Position numbers and translations under genes: made by a program. From sequence record OR670491: a stretch of 64,000 bases of DNA, one strand, 5' to 3'. Of the stretch, positions 1 to 9,811 are shown piece after piece (within the stretch, counting starts at the first letter, position 1; each line of letters begins with the position of its first letter). The notes beneath the pieces were generated by a model that had not been told where the DNA came from, did not search any database, and saw only the letters and a list, made by a program, of their open reading frames with translations. This stretch comes from Escherichia phage vB_EcoM_JNE01.

Positions 1-111
1 ATTTTGTGTCGTGATACACTTTTTTATTCTTGTGTGTACTAGTGTAGTATATAAGTTAGTTCCGTTCTTTAAAGATTTGCACAGTAAAATCCGTGCTAAG
101 AAGAGAGGTGA

Positions 112-468
112 GTGATGTTATCATTTGCGGGTCAGATTATCGTCATGGGTATTACATTATTATTCACGGTGAATAGTATTATTTTACTCGGTAAGTACTT
201 TAATATTCGTCCAATGAATAAGTTGTACGATAAATTAAAAGAAGATAATCCATTCTATGTATTTTTATCTGTAGCAATTGGCATAGGTTTCGTTTTAGAA
301 GTTATTGGTTTAATTGCATCTGCACCAGTTGTGATTGTTTTTGGAATCTTTTCTGCTACATGTGGGTTATTATTATTTTCTTTAGGTTTAATACTCGACC
401 TATCGATTAACATTGGTATTAAACTTAAGAAGTTTCATGAAAAGCAACTTCAGAGGGACGTAAAATGA
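112..468 (+). CDS. hypothetical multi-pass membrane protein
   Basis: ORF with GAGG-type RBS upstream; translation dominated by several helix-length hydrophobic stretches; stop overlaps next start (ATGA). Confidence 0.5.
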   Translation: MMLSFAGQIIVMGITLLFTVNSIILLGKYFNIRPMNKLYDKLKEDNPFYVFLSVAIGIGFVLEVIGLIASAPVVIVFGIFSATCGLLLFSLGLILDLSINIGIKLKKFHEKQLQRDVK

Positions 469-836
469 CATACCGTGAGTACTTCCTAATTGTTCATATC
501 TTATTTTTTACCGTATTTTCTGTTGTAGGGTTGATGTATTATTTTTGTATTCAACCAGTGTACAATTACTTCCAGAAGACTACTGACACAAAGGTTGTTG
601 GTACAATTGCTGCAATCCTATTATATATGTTGAGTATCCTTCTTATAATTGGTGAAGTATTTTTTGATGGTATGCCAAATTCAGACGGTTTGCTTATTCA
701 TGAGTTTATAACTGGTTTATATTGTTTAGTTGGGTTTATTGCATTTGTGATTTTTACAGTGTACAGGATCTATAAATTTTTCATGTATCTTGGTGGACTA
801 CACGATTCTATTCGTCAGAAACGTATGGGGGAATAA
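465..836 (+). CDS. hypothetical multi-pass membrane protein
   Basis: ORF translationally coupled to upstream gene; several hydrophobic helix-length segments; followed by hairpin terminator. Confidence 0.5.
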   Translation: MTYREYFLIVHILFFTVFSVVGLMYYFCIQPVYNYFQKTTDTKVVGTIAAILLYMLSILLIIGEVFFDGMPNSDGLLIHEFITGLYCLVGFIAFVIFTVYRIYKFFMYLGGLHDSIRQKRMGE

Positions 837-842
837 AAAAAT

Positions 843-875
843 ACCCAGTACTGAAATATTGTACTGGGTATTTTA
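843..875 (+). terminator. rho-independent terminator (acccagtac...gtactgggt + T-run)
   Basis: perfect 9-bp inverted repeat followed by ATTTT, directly after stop of 465..836. Confidence 0.5.
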
Positions 876-882
876 ATATATT

Positions 883-1236
883 ATGAGATTCATTAAAGCG
901 AGCTTGCAATCACAAAAGAAATGTCAAATTATAATTGAACACGATGGTTTGAAGATATCAGCATTTGATTTTGGAAGTACTAAACATTCTATTTGCTTTA
1001 ATGATCCTGACAACGCAGTGTATTGTCTTATGATTAAAGTAAACTACTTACATAAACTTATAACAGAACCTGAATATTTTGTTCGTTTCAAAAACTTTAG
1101 TACAGAGAAACTACATGAGATATATAGAATTTCAATGATTGCATATACATTTTTGGGAATACCTGATGATGAACTTGATGTGACATTCCCTGGTGAAGCT
1201 AAAATACCTAAAGAATCATTTTGGAAGGATTTATGA
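883..1236 (+). CDS. hypothetical protein
   Basis: ORF from track; no recognisable motif; weak RBS. Confidence 0.4.
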   Translation: MRFIKASLQSQKKCQIIIEHDGLKISAFDFGSTKHSICFNDPDNAVYCLMIKVNYLHKLITEPEYFVRFKNFSTEKLHEIYRISMIAYTFLGIPDDELDVTFPGEAKIPKESFWKDL

Positions 1237-1874
1237 AACACAGACTTAATAAGTTTTACACTGACTATTTCAAAGATGTAAATGCATTCTTTAAAAAATA
1301 CAAGATGCATACTAAAAATGCACAGAACAGACGAAACCCAGCATTTGCCAGACCAAGTAGAAATATTACTTCATGTACACCTACGTGCTCAACGAAAAAG
1401 ATGTTAAGTGCCAAAGGTATAAAGATAGCTTATATTGAAGCATATAAAGATAATGCACGTTTGAATAGTACTGATGATATTAAATTCAGTTCTGTTAAAA
1501 TGAAAATTGGTGATATTCAGTGTGAAATGGCTGTTGATTTGGAATACAATCTGGAAATCAGAATGTATGTAGCTCACGATAGTTCACGAAAAGTGGAATT
1601 AATGGGAATAACATCTTATATTTGTAAAGATACAGATGGATTTGCATTGAAAACTTCAACGTTCAACGTTGATTCGGTAGATGATCTCGATGGTGCATTA
1701 AATCATCTGATGAGTTCTGAATGTACAGACGAACTAATGTTCCAGTACTCACTGTTGTATAAAGATATTGACCAGTACATTGAAATGTGCAAAGTACTAC
1801 AACGTGTATATGATATGTACATGAAGACTGGAAAACTAACTGCATTTATTTTATATAACGCAGTAGAGGTATGA
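1233..1874 (+). CDS. hypothetical protein, outlying member of the FQxS-motif family
   Basis: ATG overlapping upstream stop (ATGA); contains DELMFQYSLLYKD matching the motif of the 44-64 kb array; track ORF starts at TTG 1221. Confidence 0.5.
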   Translation: MKHRLNKFYTDYFKDVNAFFKKYKMHTKNAQNRRNPAFARPSRNITSCTPTCSTKKMLSAKGIKIAYIEAYKDNARLNSTDDIKFSSVKMKIGDIQCEMAVDLEYNLEIRMYVAHDSSRKVELMGITSYICKDTDGFALKTSTFNVDSVDDLDGALNHLMSSECTDELMFQYSLLYKDIDQYIEMCKVLQRVYDMYMKTGKLTAFILYNAVEV

Positions 1875-1875
1875 T

Positions 1876-2085
1876 ATGGAAAAGTTTTATAGTTCACTAC
1901 TTCTATCTACTGAACTTGTATCATTTATGGTGTGCAAGACTAAGAAAGATTATTACATTAATAATCCAAATCCTTTAAATGATATAGAGCTATCACTTAA
2001 ATTTGTAAATTGTACTGAAAATATATTAAAGTACAACAATAAAGTTTATTTTAATGTATTGAAATTGATATTTGTATATAACTAA
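1876..2085 (+). CDS. small hypothetical protein, outlying member of the EYY/LIYKY small-protein family
   Basis: C-terminal VYFNVLKLIFVYN resembles conserved C-termini of the 13.5-17.4 kb array; followed by terminator. Confidence 0.4.
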   Translation: MEKFYSSLLLSTELVSFMVCKTKKDYYINNPNPLNDIELSLKFVNCTENILKYNNKVYFNVLKLIFVYN

Positions 2086-2088
2086 AAA

Positions 2089-2115
2089 GCCAGTACAAAG
2101 TACTGGCTTTATTTT
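2089..2115. terminator. bidirectional rho-independent terminator between convergent gene blocks
   Basis: gccagtac-aaa-gtactggc hairpin flanked by A-run upstream and T-run downstream; lies between plus gene end 2085 and minus gene end 2114. Confidence 0.6.
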
Positions 2116-3319
2116 ATATACCACGACTGGGTATTTGATATAATTGGAATTTAGTGTAGTAATCAGAAACTGTTGTCCCGGCTGCTTGTGGGATATAGCC
2201 ACTCAAATACACATCCCCTTGATTATCCATATACACTGTTGTACATTCACTTGAACAGAATAACTCGGTGTTAGATACTTTAGGAGCATCAACTGGTGTT
2301 ACAAATGTAGTACTTGATGTTGTATTACCGCGACCGAGCTTACCATACGTGTTTATACCACACATATAAAGTGAATCGGCAGTTTTAACCGTAAGCCCAC
2401 CATATGTTAATGAATTTGATTTCATTTCCATATCATCTGATATTGGTAGAGTGGAGATAGTGGATAATACTGTCCAAGAATTAGCGGATGAACCATTACC
2501 CAAGTTACCATCGGACTGAATCCCACTTGCACGAACTGTATATGTATTATTCGTGTTGTGTTTATATACAACCCATGATGCACTCCCACCGAGTTCATAA
2601 TGTATAACAGTATTGTTGGCGAATGCACCCATTTGTGTCCATACTCTAATGTTAGTTGCATTATTACTTATACCAAGCGAACCCCATGTGTTTTGACCAG
2701 TGACCCAAAGTGTTTTATCAATTTTCTGCACAATCACTGCACTTGAACCTGTTTTAACACTATCAACATTCGTATTAATTGACGTAAAAGTTGATAATCT
2801 AGTGGTTGTGTTATTACCAAAATATCCCTGTGTATTCGTCCCCATTCCATATAGCGTACCATTTTCAAGTAAAACAAAAATACCCTCACCTACAAGTTGA
2901 ATGTCCTTAATTTGGGACAATTGTGTAGCATTGAATACTGATGTAAAATATGAAGTACAATCAGTATAAGTACTGGCAGTACTTAAACCTGCACCAATAG
3001 CTTTACCAACCCCACTGTAATAAAATTTATTATCTTCAGTTTGGATTAAATTAAAAGTACCTTGGGCTGTTCTGAAACGTTTTACATTTTGGTATATTAA
3101 AGTCCATTCTTTTACTTTCGCATTATGTACACCATTCCCGAATCCATAGTTTTGTGAAGTAGTTCCACCTATACCCATTAAGTCTCCATTTTTATATAAT
3201 AGTAAGAGTGCTGTTGCTGGAATTACTGACGCACTATAACCATTGTACATAAAGATTTCTTTCACTTCAGGAACTTTCATTTTATTAGCGTATTTAACCA
3301 TTCTTGCAAAAGGTAACAT
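2114..3319 (-). CDS. RCC1-like beta-propeller repeat protein, paralogue 1 of 9 (possible virion adhesin/fibre-type protein)
   Basis: 401-aa ORF; N-terminus MLPFARMVKYAN shared with array; G/N/S/T/Y-rich with GxNxxGxxG-type repeats; AGGAGG RBS. Confidence 0.7.
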   Translation of the reverse strand: MLPFARMVKYANKMKVPEVKEIFMYNGYSASVIPATALLLLYKNGDLMGIGGTTSQNYGFGNGVHNAKVKEWTLIYQNVKRFRTAQGTFNLIQTEDNKFYYSGVGKAIGAGLSTASTYTDCTSYFTSVFNATQLSQIKDIQLVGEGIFVLLENGTLYGMGTNTQGYFGNNTTTRLSTFTSINTNVDSVKTGSSAVIVQKIDKTLWVTGQNTWGSLGISNNATNIRVWTQMGAFANNTVIHYELGGSASWVVYKHNTNNTYTVRASGIQSDGNLGNGSSANSWTVLSTISTLPISDDMEMKSNSLTYGGLTVKTADSLYMCGINTYGKLGRGNTTSSTTFVTPVDAPKVSNTELFCSSECTTVYMDNQGDVYLSGYIPQAAGTTVSDYYTKFQLYQIPSRGI

Positions 3320-3396
3320 AAAATCCTCCTTTATTCATTATACTATATTTAGCCAAAAAGGAAAAGCCAGTACTTGAGTACTGGCATTATAAAGAA
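3320..3396 (-). promoter_or_regulatory. conserved inter-cassette junction: terminator hairpin, TATAAT-like element, AGGAGG RBS
   Basis: minus-strand reading: gccagtactcaagtactggc hairpin + T-run, then aaatatagtataatgaataaaggagg before ATG; near-identical copies between array genes. Confidence 0.55.
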
Positions 3397-4572
3397 TCAA
3401 ATTGTAGGAAGTAGGAATTCTTTCATAACAGATGAACTACTCGCACTGACATTATCTGGTGATTTCCCTGCGTAGTATAATTTATTATTAATGAACATAT
3501 ATAATGTTGCATCATTCCCTGCAACAAGAGAAACCTCTTTATTAAAAACAACACCACTAGGTAAAATTGCTTCAACGAATGAACCTGATTCGCGTGTGGT
3601 ATTATTTGCTAATTGACCATTGTTATTATAACCAGTACTATAAATTTTACCTGAACTATAATACACAAGCCCACGTGTACTAGTGTTTTCTATACGAAGG
3701 AATTCACTATCATCTGGAACTGAAGTTGATAAAGTTGCATTTAACTTATAAGCGGATGTTGTATTATTATTACCCAACTGACCATAACCTTGATATCCTA
3801 GTGTATACATAGGACATGATTCTGGTGTACCTTTAGTTATAACACCAAAATAATTCGAACTACAAAAAGCGTCTATAACTTCTGTAACAGGTGTACCCTT
3901 ATATTGAACCCAAGGGAATACATATGATTGTTGTTTGCCATTCCCTAAAGTACCAGAGCTTGTTGTTCCGGTACGCCATATTGTATCATCAAGTTTAATA
4001 ATCCAGTTAGCAGATGTTATAGATGAACAGAATTTTTTAACATTATCAATTAAGTATGTAAATTTATTATAATATGATGCAGTGTTTAGCCCAAACTTAG
4101 CACCAGTATTATCACCTAACAAATATAAACTATTATCAGTACCTAAAATGACAGCATAATCATAACCTACATATATCTCTTTTATTTTTGAAATACCAAA
4201 TTGTGTAAAATAGCTTGTACATTCAGTGAATGTTGTTACTGTATTTGTTGTATTATTACCTAACCATTTATCAAAACCACTAAAAAAGAATCTATCATCA
4301 TTTGTGCGTATTAGACAAAAAGCGTTCCCTGTACTACACCAGAAATCTTTAACATTGCTATATATTTTTGTCCATTCCTGTACCTGTGTCGTATTACCTA
4401 GACCAAAAATACCACCATTTTGAAGACCGATGGCCCATACTGAACCATTTTTATCAAGTAGCATTGTAGTTGTAAATGAGTATCCAGATGATGGTGTAAC
4501 CAATTTAACAAAATTTGGGATATATGGCACGACCTTATTTCCGTACTTAGCCATCCTTGCAAAAGGTAACAT
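3397..4572 (-). CDS. RCC1-like beta-propeller repeat protein, paralogue 2 of 9
   Basis: 391-aa ORF; N-terminus MLPFARMAKYGN; motifs such as GYNNNGQLANN and GYQGYGQLGNN. Confidence 0.7.
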   Translation of the reverse strand: MLPFARMAKYGNKVVPYIPNFVKLVTPSSGYSFTTTMLLDKNGSVWAIGLQNGGIFGLGNTTQVQEWTKIYSNVKDFWCSTGNAFCLIRTNDDRFFFSGFDKWLGNNTTNTVTTFTECTSYFTQFGISKIKEIYVGYDYAVILGTDNSLYLLGDNTGAKFGLNTASYYNKFTYLIDNVKKFCSSITSANWIIKLDDTIWRTGTTSSGTLGNGKQQSYVFPWVQYKGTPVTEVIDAFCSSNYFGVITKGTPESCPMYTLGYQGYGQLGNNNTTSAYKLNATLSTSVPDDSEFLRIENTSTRGLVYYSSGKIYSTGYNNNGQLANNTTRESGSFVEAILPSGVVFNKEVSLVAGNDATLYMFINNKLYYAGKSPDNVSASSSSVMKEFLLPTI

Positions 4573-4646
4573 AATTTCTCTCCTTTATTCATTATAATGT
4601 ATTTACCCAAAAAAAGAAATGCCAGTACTGGAGTACTGGCATTATA
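4573..4646 (-). promoter_or_regulatory. conserved inter-cassette junction (hairpin terminator + promoter-like element + RBS)
   Basis: gccagtactggagtactggc hairpin at about 4621-4640 and conserved junction sequence. Confidence 0.5.
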
Positions 4647-5990
4647 TTATTGTAAAGGTATTTCAGTTAAGGTGCTATATTGTGTTCCGTTATATATACC
4701 CCTCCAGTATAATTTACCTTCAGTACTAATAACTAATAAACCATATGTTGTAAACCCTAGAGTTCCTCCGACATACATAGCATCTTTTATTCTAATACCA
4801 ATGTCTTCATATGTAAACTCTGATACTTCACCAGCATTCCACGCTGGACTGTAATAATAATCAGTATAAACACCATGTGCTTTATATAGGGACGTCAATC
4901 CAGGTTCAAAAATTACAGTTCCGCAGTAGTTCATTCTTATTTTAGTACTGGATGAAGTTGGTATATTACCAAAAATATTATCTTTTAACCCAGTAGTTAG
5001 AACGTTGAAACCACCACCAATGGAGTTAACGTTATTCACGCCACTTAGACTCATACCAACGTTGTATCCCATGCAATACACACTACTGCTACCATTCCAG
5101 TAAGAAAAACCGCCGCCACGACCACAACGATATAATTGTGAATTTGAACAGTACATCATACCTTCGTTTGATGCGTCATAGTCGTCTGCTGTTCCAATTG
5201 TAGCTACAGTAGTCCAAGTTTTAATTACTTGGTTTGCACTAGCTGGTGTTTGTATGCCATATCTGATATTATATCCCTTACCGACTATGGTCCCATCTAA
5301 TAATTTGGCATACAGTACTGGTCTAGCCCCATTATAATAAACGTTATTATGTGACATATCAATTGTACTTCGTAATGAAACTGCTTTTTGTGTCAATTGG
5401 TTATCTTTAGTAAAAGATGAAAAGTAGTAATCTGCTGTGGAGTTGTTTATTAAACCCTGAAAGGACTGACCCATATACCAGACTTCTCCGTTTGAGTTCA
5501 ATGCTGCCAAAATACAACTATATTTGGATGTGTACCCAGTATTAGTGCCTGGACCTTTATCATACCCACCACTGAATACCATATCAACGACATCACCAAC
5601 GCTAGTGAAATATGACGAAACATCGATGAATCCAGATGTTAAAAATGGTGCAGTCGTCATCCCTGTATTTGTGAATATTCCATTTGCATATACACCACAA
5701 AAATTATACGAACCATCAATATCCTGTACTATGATACCATTAGAAAGTAACCAAAAGTTTTTTACATTTTTACGAACCAATTCAACACCTGCACCATTAT
5801 TAGGAGTTATTCCAAATGTAATTGCTTTAGTTGTGCCCATGCCATATAAATTCCCATTGGTTGCTAATATTGCACCAAGCCAGTTTCCACCTCCATTACT
5901 ATTACGACCCATACCAATGGAATCGAATTTCTTTACAGTTGGAGCTTCTACTGTATTCCCATAATCAAATAATCTAACAAAAGGTAACAT
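4647..5990 (-). CDS. RCC1-like beta-propeller repeat protein, paralogue 3 of 9
   Basis: 447-aa ORF; N-terminus MLPFVRLFDYGN; Gly/Asn/Thr/Tyr-rich repeats. Confidence 0.65.
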   Translation of the reverse strand: MLPFVRLFDYGNTVEAPTVKKFDSIGMGRNSNGGGNWLGAILATNGNLYGMGTTKAITFGITPNNGAGVELVRKNVKNFWLLSNGIIVQDIDGSYNFCGVYANGIFTNTGMTTAPFLTSGFIDVSSYFTSVGDVVDMVFSGGYDKGPGTNTGYTSKYSCILAALNSNGEVWYMGQSFQGLINNSTADYYFSSFTKDNQLTQKAVSLRSTIDMSHNNVYYNGARPVLYAKLLDGTIVGKGYNIRYGIQTPASANQVIKTWTTVATIGTADDYDASNEGMMYCSNSQLYRCGRGGGFSYWNGSSSVYCMGYNVGMSLSGVNNVNSIGGGFNVLTTGLKDNIFGNIPTSSSTKIRMNYCGTVIFEPGLTSLYKAHGVYTDYYYSPAWNAGEVSEFTYEDIGIRIKDAMYVGGTLGFTTYGLLVISTEGKLYWRGIYNGTQYSTLTEIPLQ

Positions 5991-6062
5991 ATATTCCTCC
6001 TTTATTCATTATACTATATTTAGCCAAAAAGGAAAAGCCAGTACTTGAGTACTGGCTTTATG
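5991..6062 (-). promoter_or_regulatory. conserved inter-cassette junction (hairpin terminator + promoter-like element + RBS)
   Basis: gccagtacttgagtactggc hairpin at about 6037-6056; junction identical to 3320-3396 over most of its length. Confidence 0.5.
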
Positions 6063-7214
6063 TCAATAAACATCCCAAGGTAATGGTGTCTTTCTAAACC
6101 CATACCTAGTTGCGTTCTGCCCATCTCCGGCTATGTATCTACCAGTACCACACTGATATAATTCAGTACTGCTACATATCGCACCACCAATAGTACCACT
6201 ACCCCACTGAGTTATATTGGAATATAATATTGGCAAATCACTACATTTAGTATATAATGCAACAGTAGCAGCACCACTCGCACCACCAAAAACACTTCGG
6301 TTCGAACCCGTGTAATATATACCATCTGGACTCATAAATGCGGAAGTATAAGTTGTACTACAATCCACTGGACTTCTTATATTATTAAGATCACTTGGGT
6401 ATACCCTAGCACCATATGTGTATACATTACCTGTAGTAGTAATACCATTACCTAACTGACCATTATTTTGTCCACCACATGTAACTAACGATCCACTACC
6501 AGAAACAATGGCAGTAGCATTATAAGAAGTACCTATAACAATAGAAGCTCCCGCCAATAGGTATGGGGCAGGAACTCCGGCTGCATTCCCCTGACCTAAT
6601 TCACCATTGACATTTCTTCCCCATCCGTATACAGAAGTGGTATCCAATTGGCATAGTACTGAACCATAACTAAACGTATATCGTATATCCTTCACTGCCG
6701 ATGGTAAACCACTAACTTTAGTTGCAACACTAATAACGCCAGAAACGCCTGTTACTCCAGCGTTCGCGTTCAGATTACGTCCATATGCATATAAAGAGCC
6801 ATCAGCAGTTTTAATATGCATCATGCCATCTGTGCAATATAATGTATCTATACTACCCACTGCAACCTCTCCCATACTGGACGTTATATCGTTCCACCCA
6901 AGCGTTGTAGTACTAGAAATTAAGTTATTTCCGGCGTAAAGTATTCTATTATCATTAGTAACTACTACTGTATAATTGGCAGTAACGCCAATTAATCTAA
7001 CTTTCTCGTATATCTTAGACCACATTCCTATTGAATTTGTGTTAGTATCCAGAAACCCCAACTGACCAGCGGTATTATATCCAATACCCCACACATCACC
7101 TTCACTATCCAATAACACTTCATGGGAAAAACCAATCTTAAAATCTTTTATCGTTGGTGTTTCTGGAACAGGTTTAATATTTCCGTACTTAACCATTCTA
7201 GCAAAAGGTAACAT
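6063..7214 (-). CDS. RCC1-like beta-propeller repeat protein, paralogue 4 of 9
   Basis: 383-aa ORF; N-terminus MLPFARMVKYGN; clear RCC1-type motifs WGIGYNTAGQLGF, GWGRNVNGELGQGN, CGGQNNGQLGNG. Confidence 0.75.
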   Translation of the reverse strand: MLPFARMVKYGNIKPVPETPTIKDFKIGFSHEVLLDSEGDVWGIGYNTAGQLGFLDTNTNSIGMWSKIYEKVRLIGVTANYTVVVTNDNRILYAGNNLISSTTTLGWNDITSSMGEVAVGSIDTLYCTDGMMHIKTADGSLYAYGRNLNANAGVTGVSGVISVATKVSGLPSAVKDIRYTFSYGSVLCQLDTTSVYGWGRNVNGELGQGNAAGVPAPYLLAGASIVIGTSYNATAIVSGSGSLVTCGGQNNGQLGNGITTTGNVYTYGARVYPSDLNNIRSPVDCSTTYTSAFMSPDGIYYTGSNRSVFGGASGAATVALYTKCSDLPILYSNITQWGSGTIGGAICSSTELYQCGTGRYIAGDGQNATRYGFRKTPLPWDVY

Positions 7215-7285
7215 AATTCCTCCTTTTATTTGTTATACTATATTTAATAAAAAAGAAAAGCCAGTATCAAGTACTGGCATTATTA
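7215..7285 (-). promoter_or_regulatory. conserved inter-cassette junction (hairpin terminator + promoter-like element + RBS)
   Basis: gccagtatcaagtactggc hairpin at about 7260-7278. Confidence 0.5.
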
Positions 7286-8476
7286 TTACAATTGTCTAGG
7301 TGTATCCAGAACATATCTATTTGTACTAGGACCACCATCATCATCAGTTCCGGTTGAATATATATTTTTCATATCAGCAGTTAGAAAAGTACGATACGAA
7401 CCGCGATATATTTTTATTTTATCATACATAGAATATGTTATTTCTGACGGCAATGGACATGCAGTAAATTTACCAATGGTAACATCAGAACCAACACCCA
7501 ATGTGCCAGCATAACTACTCGCATTTAAACCAGTTGCATATACACCTGCACTCGTAACTAGTATACTAGATTGTGTTGGGTATCCAGTATGAATTGAATA
7601 CAAAGTACCGGGTGGTAAGGTTGTACTATTGTTTCCTAAAACTCCATTAACAGTGCTAGATGTAGTTTTATTTCCCCATGCTCCATTATTAGCTAATCCA
7701 CCAACTAGAAACTGACGTGCTCCTGTATTTGGATTCTCCACTAAAGCACTGACTGAACCCATTGAGCATACAGTGTATTGTAACGTTTTTGTGTATGTTG
7801 TACTTGGCTGATATAAAGTATATTCATTATATAAAGTCCATGTAGTGCTGGAACTTATACCGGATGTACCACCACCAATATATAAATTATTTTGTGTATC
7901 AAAAAACATTGCACAGCTATTTGTTGACATTATTTGTGCAATATCAACATCTGGTGTTACAGCTTTAACAAATGAACCATCGGTTATTTGTTGAGTTTTT
8001 CCAGTACCATCAGCGAATTGTTTAGCCCCACTCCAACCAGTACTCCATATTGTATTATTATCCATTAAGAAAGTAAACCACGTAGTACCTGCATACATCT
8101 GTTTAATTGAAGTACTTGAACTTTGTGTGAACAAATTTTCAATATATTGGTTATAACTTAAAAATGATGTAGTACTAGTTTCTAAACCAATATAACCACC
8201 ATAGCCACAATAAAAATAATTTAAGTCATTATCTTGTACTAACAAAGTTCCTTCTGACATCCAACAATCGTTAACGTTTTCTCTAATTAATGTCCATGTT
8301 CTTAATGCAGTGTTGTTTCCTCTCCCAAACTTCCCAAAACTATTATTGCCTCGTGCGTATAGTTGACCATCAGTATAAAGTACAACAACATCACTATTGA
8401 TTGGTATTATTTTCTTAATTTGAAGAGGCTCAGGTGTAATATTTCCATAATCAAACATTCTAACAAAAGGTAACAT
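7286..8476 (-). CDS. RCC1-like beta-propeller repeat protein, paralogue 5 of 9
   Basis: 396-aa ORF; N-terminus MLPFVRMFDYGN; motif GNNSFGKFGRGNN. Confidence 0.65.
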   Translation of the reverse strand: MLPFVRMFDYGNITPEPLQIKKIIPINSDVVVLYTDGQLYARGNNSFGKFGRGNNTALRTWTLIRENVNDCWMSEGTLLVQDNDLNYFYCGYGGYIGLETSTTSFLSYNQYIENLFTQSSSTSIKQMYAGTTWFTFLMDNNTIWSTGWSGAKQFADGTGKTQQITDGSFVKAVTPDVDIAQIMSTNSCAMFFDTQNNLYIGGGTSGISSSTTWTLYNEYTLYQPSTTYTKTLQYTVCSMGSVSALVENPNTGARQFLVGGLANNGAWGNKTTSSTVNGVLGNNSTTLPPGTLYSIHTGYPTQSSILVTSAGVYATGLNASSYAGTLGVGSDVTIGKFTACPLPSEITYSMYDKIKIYRGSYRTFLTADMKNIYSTGTDDDGGPSTNRYVLDTPRQL

Positions 8477-8553
8477 AACTAATTCTCCAAATTCAAATAA
8501 TTATAATGTATTTACAAAAAAAATACCAGCACATATTTCAGTACTGGTATCAT
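8477..8553 (-). promoter_or_regulatory. inter-cassette junction (degenerate hairpin + promoter-like element)
   Basis: accagcac...gtactggt imperfect hairpin at about 8524-8550; junction more diverged than the others. Confidence 0.4.
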
Positions 8554-9735
8554 TTATGGTAAAATGATAGATTGTAACGAACTCATACCCAATGCTGGAA
8601 CACTAGCCTGTGGTGCTGGAGAATTCAATTTTGGTGATGAAACCGCATATGACATTCCTGAACCCAAATCTGGATCAAAAACTACAGCACAATAATTCCC
8701 ACTATATATAAGTCCATTCTTGTATCCTTGTGCACTTTGAATGCATTTCGTGAACGTACCAATATCTGTAGTGGCATTTATTAAGTTCCTCCCACGATAA
8801 CCGCAGGTGTATATGAAATTATCATCGCCTATGTACATACTAGAATCCCCAGAAGAACTACATAGATAAGACATATAAGCACGCATGTTTTTAGGAGCAA
8901 CTGACAATGTACCTGCATAGAATTTATTATTCGAACCCGTAATATCACCATCACCCAATGCACCAAAACTTCCCCAGCCAGTACCATAATATCTCTTATC
9001 ACTCAAGAATATAATACAGTTGTTATTACACATCTTGACTTGATATATCAATGAAGGATCAACCCCAGGGAATGATTCAGTGTATGTTAGAACAGCCAGA
9101 TCAGTACTAGCATTACATTGATGATATGTATTAGTACCAGCGGACAAGATTGTTCCATTAGCTAACAGAATTCTCGCAGTACCAGTACCAGCAGTACAAG
9201 CAACTGCACTTCCTGCACTTCCGGTGTATATTTGTCTGAAAGTAAAGAAACCAACAGTTTTACTTCCCTGCCCACTCCAACCAGTATTATCAACTCCACA
9301 CGCCCATACTGAACCATCTTCCATGATCATCATTACACCAAAGCGTTCTATTGAAATATAAACAATCTTTTTAGTATCAACTGCACGAAATCTAGAAGTT
9401 ATATCAGTCCATACCTTAACACTTACCGCCGTCGCACTGGAAGTAGGATCTTCACCAGCTATCATTATCCTCCCATTGTTAGTAAGATACATTGTCTGAC
9501 TATAACCAGTACTACAAAACTTAACACTATCAGTCTCTGGAACTTTTAACCACTCGTTGTAACGTGTTACGTTAGTGTTATTACCTAACTGATAATAGTT
9601 ATTCATCCCAGATACATATAACACACCATCCTTTATTAAACTATAAGTCGCACTATAGTCACTACAGGTATAACGTGTACCCACAGGTGGCTCAACGACG
9701 TTCCCATAATCAAACATTCTAACAAAAGGTAACAT
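8554..9735 (-). CDS. RCC1-like beta-propeller repeat protein, paralogue 6 of 9
   Basis: 393-aa ORF; N-terminus MLPFVRMFDYGN; motif GMNNYYQLGNNTN. Confidence 0.65.
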   Translation of the reverse strand: MLPFVRMFDYGNVVEPPVGTRYTCSDYSATYSLIKDGVLYVSGMNNYYQLGNNTNVTRYNEWLKVPETDSVKFCSTGYSQTMYLTNNGRIMIAGEDPTSSATAVSVKVWTDITSRFRAVDTKKIVYISIERFGVMMIMEDGSVWACGVDNTGWSGQGSKTVGFFTFRQIYTGSAGSAVACTAGTGTARILLANGTILSAGTNTYHQCNASTDLAVLTYTESFPGVDPSLIYQVKMCNNNCIIFLSDKRYYGTGWGSFGALGDGDITGSNNKFYAGTLSVAPKNMRAYMSYLCSSSGDSSMYIGDDNFIYTCGYRGRNLINATTDIGTFTKCIQSAQGYKNGLIYSGNYCAVVFDPDLGSGMSYAVSSPKLNSPAPQASVPALGMSSLQSIILP

Positions 9736-9811
9736 AATTCCCTCCTTTATTCATTATACTATATTTAATCAAAAAAAAAGAAATGTCAGTACTCAAGTAC
9801 TGGCATTGTGT
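9736..9811 (-). promoter_or_regulatory. conserved inter-cassette junction (hairpin terminator + promoter-like element + RBS)
   Basis: gtcagtactcaagtactggc hairpin at about 9785-9804. Confidence 0.5.

Noticed and set aside
1044-1897. Minus-strand ORFs 1044..1310, 1663..1845 and 1703..1897 overlapping plus-strand genes
   Set aside because: They overlap longer plus-strand ORFs that have start context and family motifs; no RBS.
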